From Roseibacillus sp. (GTDB taxonomy: Bacteria > Verrucomicrobiota > Verrucomicrobiia > Verrucomicrobiales > Akkermansiaceae), in assembly GCA_051251855.1 (NCBI GenBank), contig JBPOGI010000002.1, positions 416,001 through 480,000 of the forward strand: a stretch of 64,000 nt of DNA, in the 5' to 3' direction. The notes under the pieces are model-generated. The model was not told the origin of the DNA, made no database searches, and saw only the letters and a program-made list of their open reading frames with translations. Of this stretch, positions 38,704 through 49,337 are shown in pieces; the first letter of the stretch is position 1; each line of letters begins with the position of its first letter. The position numbers and the translations under genes are program-made.

Positions 38704-40773
38704 TCAATTACCGCTCTCGAGAAGCTCCAGCTGTTCTGTCACCAGCGCATGGATCTCTCGAGTGTATTCTTGGTAGAAATCCTGTTCTTGGCGGGTCGTG
38801 TAGGGGCCGGAGTTTGCTGCGGCAAAAAAGGTGTCTCTTTGGACGGCCCGATTGGTTTGGTGAGTCAGGATTGGGAGTAGGCAGGCGAGAAGAAAGGCGG
38901 CGAAGAGGAGGGAGTGCCCAATGGACTTTGCAACGAAGAAGCGAGCGAGGCGATTTTCAAGTAGGGTGAATGAGCTGCGGAAAATTTTAACCGAGAGGTA
39001 GGTGAGAGCAGGAAACGCGAGAAAGGATGGCCAGAACATTTGATGCTCGGTAGGCCAAAAGGGGAGATAGCGAAGGATGCCGTAGAGGGGCAAAATTAGG
39101 GCGACTGGTAGGATGAAGAGCCAGTCAAGTTTGCGAGCGGGTGTCGAAAGTCCGATGCTGGCGAGGCGGCGATGGAAGATGTGTCGGTTGAACCAAATTA
39201 TGAGGCAGAGCATTAGGAGAACGGCGGCTCCGACTTGAGGGCCTACAGGGAGGGTGTCACGCCAACCAAGGCCGTAATCGCGGCAGCCCAGCGGAGTGAG
39301 GCGGGTGATAAACAAGTACCATAGTGCTGCCAAACCAACGGTGAGGGCTGCGATTCCGAAGTAGTCGCGTGCGGGGTAGAGGCCGCTGAGAGTAGCGGTC
39401 ATTTTACGCTGGTTCTTGGTCCCCGGTGGTCTGAGAAAGAGGAAGAAGGGGGCGAGGAGTAAGCAAAGAAGGGCCGCGCAGGTGAGATAGAATTTTTCAA
39501 GGGTAAGCTGCCAAAGGGTGCGCTCAGGCTCGAGGTCATCGACGGTTGTTAGAGTGATTCCAGGGATAGATATCCAATAGCTTTCTCGGCTGCTGTAGAA
39601 ACCACCATGGTCAGAGCCGAACGCTGCATAGTTGCCATAGCCCTGAAGATCCCGGATCTCTTTGTAGCTGGTATCCAAGGCATCGACCGCAAGAGCATGC
39701 TTCGTACTGAGATGACCGTTGGCCTTGAGTGACTGGTATACTCTGGAAAGCCCGGAAAGAGTGAAAAGGGTAGTCGATAGTTGAGGCTGGAATGCTGGTT
39801 CGGAGCTTTGAAGCTCGGTGATACGGAGAGCGTTTTGGTAAAGTTCCCGCAGCCCCTCTTGATCGCCGTTTTGCGATAGTTCGAAAGTGACAATCTCAAG
39901 AACGCTTCTCAGCCTTAGATAACCTGAGCCGGTGGTCGCAGCCAACTGGCTTTGATAGATGATGTTTTCCTGAAATTCAGTTGTGTTTTGAGGTGACGGA
40001 AAAAGCTCGCTACGGTCATGCGTTCGTTCCACCGAATAGGCGGTGAAATGGGGGAGAGTTGCGGCTTCTTTAAGGAGGCCTACCGCATGGTGAAAATCTT
40101 TGGAATCAGTGACTCGATAGTGAAATGTTCCTGGAGGGGATCGGCTTCCGCGGTAGGTGGGGTCTGCTTCGAGGCTGGATTCGAATAGGAGACTCGCTTC
40201 TACTAGGAAGAACAATGCGTTTTGTGGATCGAGCTCCTGCCCTTTACGTGCTAGCCCGAGCAATTCGTCCATTGAGGGCTTTCGAGGATACGAGTTAGAT
40301 CGGGCCAAGAGGTGATCTGACAACGTTGCTGGATTGGAGGGGTCTTGTTCGTAGGCTTTTTTGAACCTGAGCGTTGGGTCTTGCTCATCGGGATCTCCGA
40401 GTAAAAAGAGCCGTTGCTCATCGCTCAGATGCTGAGTTCTCTTGGTGAGAGACTTGATGACAGCTTGATTGACATCGCCGTCGCCTCTGAGGGCTGCTCG
40501 TAGGTATCGAAAATCCTGGTAGAGGGAAGCTCCCGTCAATGCGACGAGGACAAGGGTGACAAGAACAATGACGAGGGGGCCGAAGAGAAAAAGCTTCTTG
40601 GGTCGAGGAGAAGGGGTTTGATGAAGGCGGATTCGGACGAGTGCTGAATGGACTGCACCTTCATTGGCTTTTCGTATTCTTGGCCCCATGAGATCCTGAG
40701 TCGATAGAGCGGCTTCCGCATTTCCTTCGAGAGGTGCGGTGAGGTGTTCGAGGAGCTCATCGGTTGTATCCAT
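38704..40773 (-). CDS. Hypothetical multi-pass membrane protein
   Basis: 689-aa ORF with one N-terminal TM helix, a large soluble domain and about 6 C-terminal TM helices. No family recognised. Confidence 0.75.
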   Translation of the reverse strand: MDTTDELLEHLTAPLEGNAEAALSTQDLMGPRIRKANEGAVHSALVRIRLHQTPSPRPKKLFLFGPLVIVLVTLVLVALTGASLYQDFRYLRAALRGDGDVNQAVIKSLTKRTQHLSDEQRLFLLGDPDEQDPTLRFKKAYEQDPSNPATLSDHLLARSNSYPRKPSMDELLGLARKGQELDPQNALFFLVEASLLFESSLEADPTYRGSRSPPGTFHYRVTDSKDFHHAVGLLKEAATLPHFTAYSVERTHDRSELFPSPQNTTEFQENIIYQSQLAATTGSGYLRLRSVLEIVTFELSQNGDQEGLRELYQNALRITELQSSEPAFQPQLSTTLFTLSGLSRVYQSLKANGHLSTKHALAVDALDTSYKEIRDLQGYGNYAAFGSDHGGFYSSRESYWISIPGITLTTVDDLEPERTLWQLTLEKFYLTCAALLCLLLAPFFLFLRPPGTKNQRKMTATLSGLYPARDYFGIAALTVGLAALWYLFITRLTPLGCRDYGLGWRDTLPVGPQVGAAVLLMLCLIIWFNRHIFHRRLASIGLSTPARKLDWLFILPVALILPLYGILRYLPFWPTEHQMFWPSFLAFPALTYLSVKIFRSSFTLLENRLARFFVAKSIGHSLLFAAFLLACLLPILTHQTNRAVQRDTFFAAANSGPYTTRQEQDFYQEYTREIHALVTEQLELLESGN

Positions 40774-40860
40774 GCGTTCGAAGATGGAAATTGTAGCAGG
40801 GATTATTCGAAGCCCTAACCTGTAAATCTATAGGGCTTGATTTTCATGCTCTCGTTCACG

Positions 40861-43800
40861 CTACTTTCCCGATGTCATCGTGACTTCGAGGCGGAGGAAT
40901 TCTCGCTCGCCGAGATCGGTCTCTACTGTCACCCACTCAAAGTCATTATCGATGGCGGTGGTTCCTACTTCAATGAGCCCGAGGGTGTCCCACGAACTGA
41001 GGTCGTTGCAGTTGGTGACAAGGTAGTTGAGGCCGCGTTCCTCAGCATCGAGCCGGCGACGGTAGCTGAACTGAAACTTCCCCTCGTTTTCCAGCAGTTC
41101 GCAGCTGGTTAGAATCGCTACTTCGCTAGGATTTACAGCGTCCCCTCCAAGGGCGTATTCGAGGAGATTTGGAAAGGTGTCGTTGTCGGGATTGCCCGTC
41201 CAGGAGCTATCGAAGGAGGAGAGACCTTGGTCTTCGGCCCAATTGAGATAGGCGAAGGTGGAGCCTTGGTAGAGGTCGTTCGCTTGGGTGAGGGTCAAAG
41301 CCTTGTCGTAAAGCACGATATTATCGAGCGAGCCCTCATAGGTGACGGTGCCGCCATCGCTCCCGAGAAAGACGGTGGCGATTGGGGAAAGGGATTTGGT
41401 CTTGCCGGTGCCGGAGTGCCAGAGGGCGCCATTGAGGTAGATTTCCATGCTGCCAGCGGTTGCGTTCTTGGTGAAGACCCAGTGATTCCACACGCCAGAG
41501 TAATTAGCTGCGGTGGATTGTTTATTGATGCGGTCGTATCCCGAACTGTCTCCTGCATCCCAGTAGATTTGTCCATTTCCCCAAGGGAGATGAATGTTGA
41601 GGAGGCGGTTACCTGTGCTGTTGGTGGCTCGAAGAACGCAGGTGTCATAAGGAAGGCTAGCACCGCCGCGGGCCCAGAAGGAGATCGAGATTTCATCAGA
41701 GATGCCGCTAAAGGCTGAGGCCGCGAGGGTCGTATTGGAGGTGGTGCCATCGAAGGAAAGGCCGGTTCCGCCATCCGCCCCTGTGGACCAGAGAGGGTTG
41801 CTTACAGGTGCGCTTCCAAGGGAACCGTGATGTCCGTTGCCCGAGGCGTCTGTGAGGATGGCGCCAGTGCTATCTTCGAGGAACCAACAGGCGATCGGAG
41901 TGGGAGCGACTTCGACGGGGATGATGGTCTCGCTATTGAGAAAGACCTCGGTGAGGTTGTTCCAATCGTCGACGGTGCTGCCTTGCCCAGTGACGCGAAT
42001 GAAGCGGGCTTCGATGGGAGGGAAGGCGTATTCTTCGAGGTCATTGGTGGTGCCGCTACTCGCTCCGGAATAGACGGTGGCGAAGGGGCCCATGGGATGG
42101 TCGGAGACTCCGATTTCGAAGCCATAAGAGCGGGAGGTTCCGCTGTGCCAGGCAAGTGCGACGCTGTTGACGCGCTCGCTGTTGAGGAGGTCATATTGAA
42201 TCCATTGCCCCGCGCCTTCGGCAGACCAGCGGGTGCTCAGGTCTCCATCGAGAGTGTTTTGGGAGGTGAAGTTAGAGCCTGCTTCTGACTTGGATTTCAC
42301 CATCGCAAAGCGGTCTTTGAGGTCGAGGTCGAAGTCGATAATTTGGATTTTGTTGTCGAAGGAGTTTCCTTGGCCGACCACTCGTAGATAGCGCGAGTTT
42401 TGAGTGTGAAAGTTGTAGTCTTCAAAGTCGAGAGTGCCATAGCTGGTGCCTGCGTAGACTGTGGTCCAGGGGCCGGACGAGTTGTTGGAGACTTGAATCT
42501 CGAAGTCATAGATACGCGAGGTCCCGTCGAGCCATTGGATAGAGGCTTGATAGAGGTTCCGCGAGGTTCCGAGGTCATAGCGAATCCATTCGCCGATCCC
42601 ATCCGCAGACCACGAGGTAGAGGCATTGGCATCGAGGGTGTCGGCGGCCGAGCCTGCGGAGGTAGAAGAGGCTGAGGCGGAGGAGGAGTTCTGGGTGGAA
42701 ACGCTGTTACCCGAGCCCGTGTTGGTGACTGGTCCGAAACTGCTCACGTTATTGCCGCTGGCATTGCTAGAGAGGTTGACGGGTTGGTCGGTCCAGTTGG
42801 TGAGGCTGCTGTTGGTGAGGTTGAAGGTTGTGCTACCATCGAAATAGCGCAGGCCGGTTTTCAGTCCGCCCATCTGGATGGTTTGGCTGATAGGGGTGGG
42901 TTGTAGGGAAGAGTTCCACAAGGTGATGTCGTGGTTGTTTCCTGCGAAGTAGGTTAGGAGGTCGTTTCCGTAGATCGGAGTCTCTTGGAGGAGGGTGATG
43001 GAGAAGTCTTGATTGCTGTCGTTCTGGTAGGGGTTGTCTACCATGGACTGGTTAGGCGCTTCTCCTTGGCTGTGGTCAACGCTGTCGCCATTGCCTGGCC
43101 AAAACCCGGCTTCTACATTGATGGTCGTGCAGCCATAAATTTCGTTGGCTCCATCTGAAAAGCCAATGACGACACCGGTGCGCATGTTTTCAACCGTGCA
43201 ATTGCGGACCGTGGTGTTGGCGGTGGAGAGGCCGTTGGCTCCACTGTTATAGCACCTGATGCCATCTTCTTGTCGGGAAAAGGCGTAGCCAGGTGGCACA
43301 GTCCAACCCCAGACCGTCATAAAGTCTACCAAGTCTGCCTCCGAACCTGTTCCTGCCTCGGCGAGGATGTTGTCGGTGGTGTTGAATTCATCGCCTTTCA
43401 CGTAGCAGCCTTCCACTAGAGTGCCGATGGCCCCTTGCATGAAGATGCCATGCCCGTAGCTAGCGAGTTCGAGATAGCAATTGAGGAGGTGGCAGTTGGC
43501 CCCGTTGACGAGGAGAGCAGCATGCTTGTCGTGCCCGATGACTGAGCCGGACCCTTTTCCGAACAAGTCTCCGTATCCATAAGGGCGAGAGCCTCGGGTG
43601 TAGAGACTGAATTCTTCCACTTTGTTGGCGTCACCGACTACCGCCATGTTGAGCACGCCGACTGAGTTGATGGGCTCGTCTCCGAGGTCCTTCTGGGTCA
43701 TGCCGTAGTAGTGGTTGTTGCTGCCATTAAACTCGAAGACGCGCACTTCTTGGCCAGGCCATTCGTTGTAAAGATTGGTATGAATATTGAAAAGGACTCC

Positions 43801-45507
43801 AGTGAAGTCGTAGCTGGAGTTCGAGCCGCAAAAGTCAAAGAGAGTAGGCAGGGGGAGGAGGCCCGAGTCCTGATCGGTCTCGTCGATATCATAAGTGCCG
43901 GGCGTCATCTTGACGTTGACGTTGTCCTTTCCGATCTGGGCAAGGAGTTCGATGATGGAGCTCACGATGATTTGAGAACCCGCGGTTTCGATATCGATTT
44001 GGTCTTGGATAGCTGCGTTTTGCCCGTTGTTGAAAGTGATGTCGTCGACATCGAGCTGGAGTTTGATGCTGGCGCTGGCTGGGATGGCGAGTCCGTCAAG
44101 AGTGAGGGTGCTGAAGGTGGTCCAGCTTCCTGTGGGAGGAAAGTAGACGGTGCCGACATCGGTATTGTTCTGATAAAGGCTGAGGCGGGTGGTGGATGCT
44201 CCATTGGCGTAGGTGATTTTGAGGGTGTCGCTGGAAGGGAGGTTTGAGTAGGTCACCGAATCGCCGGCAGTGTTGAATCCGTCGAGGGCTTGCCCATTGA
44301 AGGCGGCGGTAGTGCTCGTCGTGGTCACTCCTGAATAGGTGGCGCTCTCGGCTTGATAAGGACTCGCGGCGGGCATGCCCTGAATGATTTGAAAGCCATT
44401 CAGCTTATCATTGGAGTCGATGGCAATGCGCCCAGCGATGTCGGCAGTGGCGGTAAAGGTCTGATAGTTGACCCCGAGGCTGAAGAAGTCGGGATTGCCG
44501 GAGTTCGAGACCGACTTTGTGACGCCGTTAATGGTGATGGTAGAGCCTTGGCCAGACTGGTCGCCGGCAGCGTAGACATAAAGGGTGTAGCTACCTCCGG
44601 GGTTCAGCCCTCTGATGAGCGAGGTGGTATCATTGTAGAAGTAATCGCTGAGGAGATGATTGGTTTTTCCTGAATCGACGAATCCGCTTCCGCCAGCAAT
44701 GTCGACGTTGAGCGGTGTGGTCGTGATACCGTCAGAAGCGATGAGGCCTTTGAGAGCGCGATTGTCGGTGGTGAAGGTGTTGTTCCAATAGTCGTTTCCA
44801 GTATCGGGGTGAGCTCCTTGTCCCGTGTAAGGAGTGGTCGAGCTGTCGCCCCCACCGAGGTCGACATTCACGACATACTCCTGCTGCGAGGCATCCAATT
44901 CGAGCTCGATGATTTGCAGTCCATTGAGGACCGAGAAGCTGCTGCCGTTTCGTGCCATCGTACCCGTGAGGTTTCCACTACTGTCCGCAGTGGCCGCAAT
45001 CGCCACAAAGTTAGCGCCCTCTGCGATGGTGCCATTCAGCAGCCCGCTAGTGGATTTTGATTGCCCGCTGAAGGTGACCGTTGATTTTTGAGAGAGACTG
45101 TCGCCTTGGCCATAGAGATAGATCAGATAGTTGCCGTTTGAAGTGAGTCCCGAGATGTCGACCGTGGTATCGCCGTTTCTCAGATAGGAGTAGTCGCCCA
45201 CGAGTTCGCTATGGGACTGACCCGCAGGCACGTTACCTCCAGTGGCATTGAAGCGACTATTGGCGGATAGAGTCACGTCGATGGTTGTCGCTGTAGTGCC
45301 ATCGGAAGCAACGAGGTCAGTCATCGTCGTTTCTGAGCTGTTCCAAAAGTTATTCCCAGGGTCGGAGTAGCCACCTTGGCCGGAAAAGGTATTGGAGGCA
45401 TCGAGTTCGACATCGAGATTCACCACGAGGGCTTGGATGAAGCTGAGAGACAGGCCAAAAAAGAAGCAGGTAGCCTGAAAAGGAGAGGGGTTTTTGGGTT
45501 TGGGCAT
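40861..45507 (-). CDS. Large secreted multidomain carbohydrate-active-like protein (2 repeated beta modules, CBM6/35-like, beta-helix core, 2 F5/8 type C, LamG, C-terminal domain)
   Basis: Signal peptide; YQAESA (CBM); beta-helix-like NTTVRNCTVEN; discoidin motifs TLD...WSA.G.G.WI.YDL twice; LamG motif WNHWVFTK...IYLNG; C-terminal YLNWA...NLLEYALGG...FSYRRR. Confidence 0.85.
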   Translation of the reverse strand: MPKPKNPSPFQATCFFFGLSLSFIQALVVNLDVELDASNTFSGQGGYSDPGNNFWNSSETTMTDLVASDGTTATTIDVTLSANSRFNATGGNVPAGQSHSELVGDYSYLRNGDTTVDISGLTSNGNYLIYLYGQGDSLSQKSTVTFSGQSKSTSGLLNGTIAEGANFVAIAATADSSGNLTGTMARNGSSFSVLNGLQIIELELDASQQEYVVNVDLGGGDSSTTPYTGQGAHPDTGNDYWNNTFTTDNRALKGLIASDGITTTPLNVDIAGGSGFVDSGKTNHLLSDYFYNDTTSLIRGLNPGGSYTLYVYAAGDQSGQGSTITINGVTKSVSNSGNPDFFSLGVNYQTFTATADIAGRIAIDSNDKLNGFQIIQGMPAASPYQAESATYSGVTTTSTTAAFNGQALDGFNTAGDSVTYSNLPSSDTLKITYANGASTTRLSLYQNNTDVGTVYFPPTGSWTTFSTLTLDGLAIPASASIKLQLDVDDITFNNGQNAAIQDQIDIETAGSQIIVSSIIELLAQIGKDNVNVKMTPGTYDIDETDQDSGLLPLPTLFDFCGSNSSYDFTGVLFNIHTNLYNEWPGQEVRVFEFNGSNNHYYGMTQKDLGDEPINSVGVLNMAVVGDANKVEEFSLYTRGSRPYGYGDLFGKGSGSVIGHDKHAALLVNGANCHLLNCYLELASYGHGIFMQGAIGTLVEGCYVKGDEFNTTDNILAEAGTGSEADLVDFMTVWGWTVPPGYAFSRQEDGIRCYNSGANGLSTANTTVRNCTVENMRTGVVIGFSDGANEIYGCTTINVEAGFWPGNGDSVDHSQGEAPNQSMVDNPYQNDSNQDFSITLLQETPIYGNDLLTYFAGNNHDITLWNSSLQPTPISQTIQMGGLKTGLRYFDGSTTFNLTNSSLTNWTDQPVNLSSNASGNNVSSFGPVTNTGSGNSVSTQNSSSASASSTSAGSAADTLDANASTSWSADGIGEWIRYDLGTSRNLYQASIQWLDGTSRIYDFEIQVSNNSSGPWTTVYAGTSYGTLDFEDYNFHTQNSRYLRVVGQGNSFDNKIQIIDFDLDLKDRFAMVKSKSEAGSNFTSQNTLDGDLSTRWSAEGAGQWIQYDLLNSERVNSVALAWHSGTSRSYGFEIGVSDHPMGPFATVYSGASSGTTNDLEEYAFPPIEARFIRVTGQGSTVDDWNNLTEVFLNSETIIPVEVAPTPIACWFLEDSTGAILTDASGNGHHGSLGSAPVSNPLWSTGADGGTGLSFDGTTSNTTLAASAFSGISDEISISFWARGGASLPYDTCVLRATNSTGNRLLNIHLPWGNGQIYWDAGDSSGYDRINKQSTAANYSGVWNHWVFTKNATAGSMEIYLNGALWHSGTGKTKSLSPIATVFLGSDGGTVTYEGSLDNIVLYDKALTLTQANDLYQGSTFAYLNWAEDQGLSSFDSSWTGNPDNDTFPNLLEYALGGDAVNPSEVAILTSCELLENEGKFQFSYRRRLDAEERGLNYLVTNCNDLSSWDTLGLIEVGTTAIDNDFEWVTVETDLGEREFLRLEVTMTSGK

Positions 45508-45699
45508 CCTTGGGGTTGGAGTGGGTTCAGTAATACTTTGTAAATACTAATTCGTGTTGGCCAAGTCTGCCATCTCAAATTCTTCACCAATTTCGTCGAA
45601 AAGGGGGCTCACTAGTTGGAAAGGAGCTTGGGGTGGTGACTCCTGTTGATGAAATCCGTTCTCTCTGTTATCCAATGGAGAGAGTTTCCCCTCAAAAAT

Positions 45700-46428
45700 A
45701 TGACTAGATTCAGAAGCCTAGGACAGGAATTATTGGAGAAAGAAGACGGAGAAGTTTCAGCTGCGATCTTGCCTTTCGACCAAGTGAATGTAGCTACCGC
45801 CTTCGAGACGGCCACCTTTGGGATGGGATGATTCTGGGGGCCGGATTCCGAGTTCGGAAGCCTTCCTGGAGTTTTACGCACACGCGCTGGTTATTGTGGT
45901 GGCGAGAAAGTGAAGCCGACCTATCGCTCGATGGGGGATCATACCGAAGCAGTTTCGATTGATTACGATCCGATGGTGATGAGCTATCTTGATTTACTGA
46001 AAGAGTTTTGGGCGGGGCATCGCTGTGATTCGCTGAATCGGAGCACGCAATATATGAATGCCGTTTTCTATCGTGATGAATCTCAGAAGCAGGCGGCGTT
46101 GGAGTCGTTGGATCGGGAGGCGCATCGTTTGGGGTTAGCAAGCGCGCGGGTGGCGACCAAGGTGGTGCCGGTGAATCACTTTACCTATGCTGAAGGGTAT
46201 CATCAGAAGTATGCGCTCTCGAGGACGAGCGAGTCGCGGCTTTTTCTGGAGAGTGTTTATTCGACAGCCAAAGAGTTGGCCGACTCCACGGTAGCAACGC
46301 GGCTCAATGCTTACTTGGGAAGTGGGATGGAAAGAGACTGGGGGGCTTTCGCGACTGAGTTGCCTGAGTATGGGTTGCCCGAGGCGCTGGAGAAGAGGCT
46401 TTGTGAGCTGGCAAAAGAGCGGGTGTAA
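45700..46428 (+). CDS. msrA: Peptide-methionine (S)-S-oxide reductase MsrA, selenocysteine-containing (TGA 45829-45831)
   Basis: ORFs 45646..45831 and 45910..46428 are in frame and read ATFGMG*FWGPDSEFGSLPGVLRTRAGYCGG...PTY...DHTE...AEGYHQKY. The TGA occupies the catalytic Cys of GCFWG. Confidence 0.93.
45836..45865 (+). promoter_or_regulatory. Putative bacterial SECIS of msrA
   Basis: Upper stem TTCCG-AGTT-CGGAA (45846-45859) and lower stem GGGGGC/GCCTTC. The loop G follows a 20-nt spacer from the TGA. Confidence 0.78.
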
Positions 46429-46513
46429 GGTGTTTCAGGGAGAGTTTCAATTCTTCATCAATGGTGTTCTTTATTGTTTGCTTATCGCAGCAAGGAAGGA
46501 ATAAGAAGGATTA

Positions 46514-48424
46514 GTGCCCATCAATTTAGTCTCTTTATTTCAATCGTCTTACATGCTTCTCTGCGGGGCCTTTGTGCTGGGGCTTTCGTGTTCTTCCGTC
46601 TTCGGTGAAGCGCGGGTTTTTCACAGCAGCGATGGTGTCGAGTTGGAGGCCGTTTTCAAGGGGACAGACGGCAAGGCTGCGACGCTGGAGCGCGCGTCGG
46701 ACGGCAAGGTCTTCGCGGTTCCGCTTGAGCGTCTGAGTAAAGAGGATCAGCGATGGATCCGAGATTGGGAAGAACGGCGGCGACCCGATGAGCCTATGCC
46801 GGCCGTGGTGCATCCCCTTGGCTGGACGCAGCTGACCATTCATGATCTTTCCCGGCAAGCGACCTGTAGCTTCGTCGGTGTCCAGAGCGCGAATGCGTCG
46901 AGTTATGCCTATACTGCAAATTTGTATCTGCCCAAGGGAGTTTGGCTTAGTCTGGGAGGTGACCAGATGAAGGGTGCTTCTGATTCCTTAGTTCTTTTTG
47001 ACGGAGAGAGAGATTGGTTCGTAGAGCAAGGAGAACGGGAACTCCGGCTCAAGACTGCGCCGGAGGGAGTGGCGCGAGTGGTGGGAATCAGTTGGGGAAA
47101 TCGAACGACCCCCGAGCAAAAGGAGCGAGCGGTGGAGGCGATTGAGCTGGGAGCTTGCGTGGAAATCTACAGTGAGGATCTTCCTGAAATGGTGGCCCAG
47201 AAATTGAAGCCGATCGCGATGGTTTTAAATCAACGATCAGAAGCGGTTGATTGGAAATCTCTCCCGAAAAGTCTGCGCGCCTTGCACCTGAATGCTAGCA
47301 ATCCTGAGGTGAGTCTCGCGGGCATCGAGCAGCTTGAAAATCTGGAGTATTTTAAATTCTGGGGTGGATCCCTCAAGGGCTTGCCCACGCTTTCCGAGTT
47401 GCCCGAATTGAGGTCTTTGGCAGTCGGCGGCATCTTGAGCTTGGAAGAAATTAAGAGCTTGGGGACGTTGACGGGTCTGCGGCATCTGGCGGTGAGCGAA
47501 CGAACAAAAGAGAATTTGCCTGCCGATACTTTCAATTGTTTGGGTCAACTCAAGGAGCTGGAAACGTTTTCGATGGGTTCCCACTGGATTCACGATAAAT
47601 ACATCAGTCCCGATAGAACTCTAGAAAATAGTCCTAGGCTGACCACTTTCGAATTTAATACCAAATTTTTTGGGGAGGGGCGGTTCTTAGAACATCTTCC
47701 AAAACTCTTTTCGGTGGAATTGCTCAATCAGCGCATAGACGCCCCTTTCATTGAGAGGTTGATGCAGGAGGGGCACTTCAAGCATTTGCAGAAGTTGGAA
47801 ACGAGGAGCTCGTTACCCGTTGGCGATTTACCGCAACTACAAGAACTAACAATAGCCTGCCTTCCTGGAGCTGATTTTCGCTCGGTGGGAAGTCTTCCTC
47901 AACTGCGAACGCTTCAGCTGCAATTTGCGACCACAGAGCATCTTGCATATTTGTTAGAGCATCCCAATCTCAGTGGGGTGGAGTCACTCTCTCTTCTGGT
48001 TGCGGAGGAGACTCAGCTTGAGGCCTTGGCGGCAATGCCAAATTTAAGAAGGTTACAGCTTGAGCTGGGAAAGAGGGAAAGCCTCGACCTCTCATTATTC
48101 AAAGGGTTGAAAGCGGTCGAGTTGTTCCGGGGAAAGCAACTCAAGAAGTTGACCCTTCCTCCACAGCTGCAAGAATTGGGGGTAAGAAATATGGATGCCC
48201 TTGATTTTTCCGAGGCTACGCCTTTGCCTTATCTGCGTCGTCTAACGGCGGATCGCTGTCAGGGGCTTCTTTCGCTAGACGGATTAGGTGCTTGCCCCGA
48301 ACTTACTGATTTGAGACTGCAATACTGCCCCGAGCTTCGTTCGACTTCGGGGCTGGATGAGGTGAAGAGTTTGGAGCGTTGTTCTATTAGGGGGTGTGGA
48401 GAGGTTGCGAATCAGAACCGCTAA
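46514..48424 (+). CDS. Exported SHD1-like + leucine-rich-repeat protein
   Basis: ARVFHSSDGVELEAVF...VPLERLSKEDQRWI (SHD1-like) and many LxxLxxLxL repeats. The start may be about 46553. Confidence 0.8.
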   Translation: MPINLVSLFQSSYMLLCGAFVLGLSCSSVFGEARVFHSSDGVELEAVFKGTDGKAATLERASDGKVFAVPLERLSKEDQRWIRDWEERRRPDEPMPAVVHPLGWTQLTIHDLSRQATCSFVGVQSANASSYAYTANLYLPKGVWLSLGGDQMKGASDSLVLFDGERDWFVEQGERELRLKTAPEGVARVVGISWGNRTTPEQKERAVEAIELGACVEIYSEDLPEMVAQKLKPIAMVLNQRSEAVDWKSLPKSLRALHLNASNPEVSLAGIEQLENLEYFKFWGGSLKGLPTLSELPELRSLAVGGILSLEEIKSLGTLTGLRHLAVSERTKENLPADTFNCLGQLKELETFSMGSHWIHDKYISPDRTLENSPRLTTFEFNTKFFGEGRFLEHLPKLFSVELLNQRIDAPFIERLMQEGHFKHLQKLETRSSLPVGDLPQLQELTIACLPGADFRSVGSLPQLRTLQLQFATTEHLAYLLEHPNLSGVESLSLLVAEETQLEALAAMPNLRRLQLELGKRESLDLSLFKGLKAVELFRGKQLKKLTLPPQLQELGVRNMDALDFSEATPLPYLRRLTADRCQGLLSLDGLGACPELTDLRLQYCPELRSTSGLDEVKSLERCSIRGCGEVANQNR

Positions 48425-48689
48425 ATAGGTTCGCCAACTGGCAAGATTCGCCTTCGGTTTATGAGGTTTTTAGGATGGTTAGAGAAGATTCAGGGAAACG
48501 GTTATGGAGAGTTGAGTTGTTGGAGGAACGGTTGTGAGAGTTATTGTTAAGTGGATCCTCTGTTGGGACAAAAGAACTTCCGCGAGGACTGCTTCCACGC
48601 TCACTGTGCGTAGGTCTATGCTGCCGCTTGCACTCTTTGGTGTGAGGTCTATTCTCTGAGGGAGAGATTGGAGCTCGCGACTATCCTTT

Positions 48690-49337
48690 ATGAAAGACAA
48701 CTCACAAGAACTTGCTAAGCCGGCTGTTTCTCCGGTAACGGTGCATCGACAGAGTTTTCAGACGGGGGTCTTTGAGTTCGTGCCTTTGCCCTTTGTGGAT
48801 GATTGGCTGATTGTTCGGGAGCGGCGTTTGTTGGTGGAGAAGATTTTGAAGGGAAGGGGTGTTTCTTTTGAGAAAGGGGTGCCCAAGTTGCTGGCGGATG
48901 GAGGCAAGAAGACACTCATGGGGAGGATGGGTGGTTTGGTAAAAGCGCTTGTTCTGAAGCCGCTGCGCAAGGTGTTGCGGACGTTTCTGTTTTGGCTCGC
49001 GATTCGGCGGGCGGTTCTCAATGTGATCGAGACCTACTTCCTCGCGCGTTTCGTCAATTTGGCAGAGGTTGATTCTGATTCCGGCCCTATCACGGCAGCT
49101 CAGGCGGCGGCTTGGGGAAAGTTGTTCATGCAAGTCGTTGCTAAGTCAGATCAGCGTTTTGCAAGAGAGGGGACTCGGCGGTTGTGGAAGCTGATGAAGC
49201 AGAAAAAGAAGGCTCAAAGTGAGAGGCTTTCTCGCGAAGAGGTGGAGGCTGAGTTGGAGAAAGAGGCGCCGGGGATTTTGGCGGACTTTGACCAGAGGGC
49301 ACGTGAGGGGCTGAAGGCTGTTTCACTTTTGGCGTGA
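48690..49337 (+). CDS. Hypothetical protein
   Basis: 215-aa ORF filling the gap, with a hydrophobic FVPLPFVDDWL motif. No family assigned. Confidence 0.7.
   Translation: MKDNSQELAKPAVSPVTVHRQSFQTGVFEFVPLPFVDDWLIVRERRLLVEKILKGRGVSFEKGVPKLLADGGKKTLMGRMGGLVKALVLKPLRKVLRTFLFWLAIRRAVLNVIETYFLARFVNLAEVDSDSGPITAAQAAAWGKLFMQVVAKSDQRFAREGTRRLWKLMKQKKKAQSERLSREEVEAELEKEAPGILADFDQRAREGLKAVSLLA

Noticed and set aside
45536..45551. TTTGTAA upstream of the large secreted protein as a second operator site
   Set aside because: Only a half-site in AT-rich DNA, likely chance.
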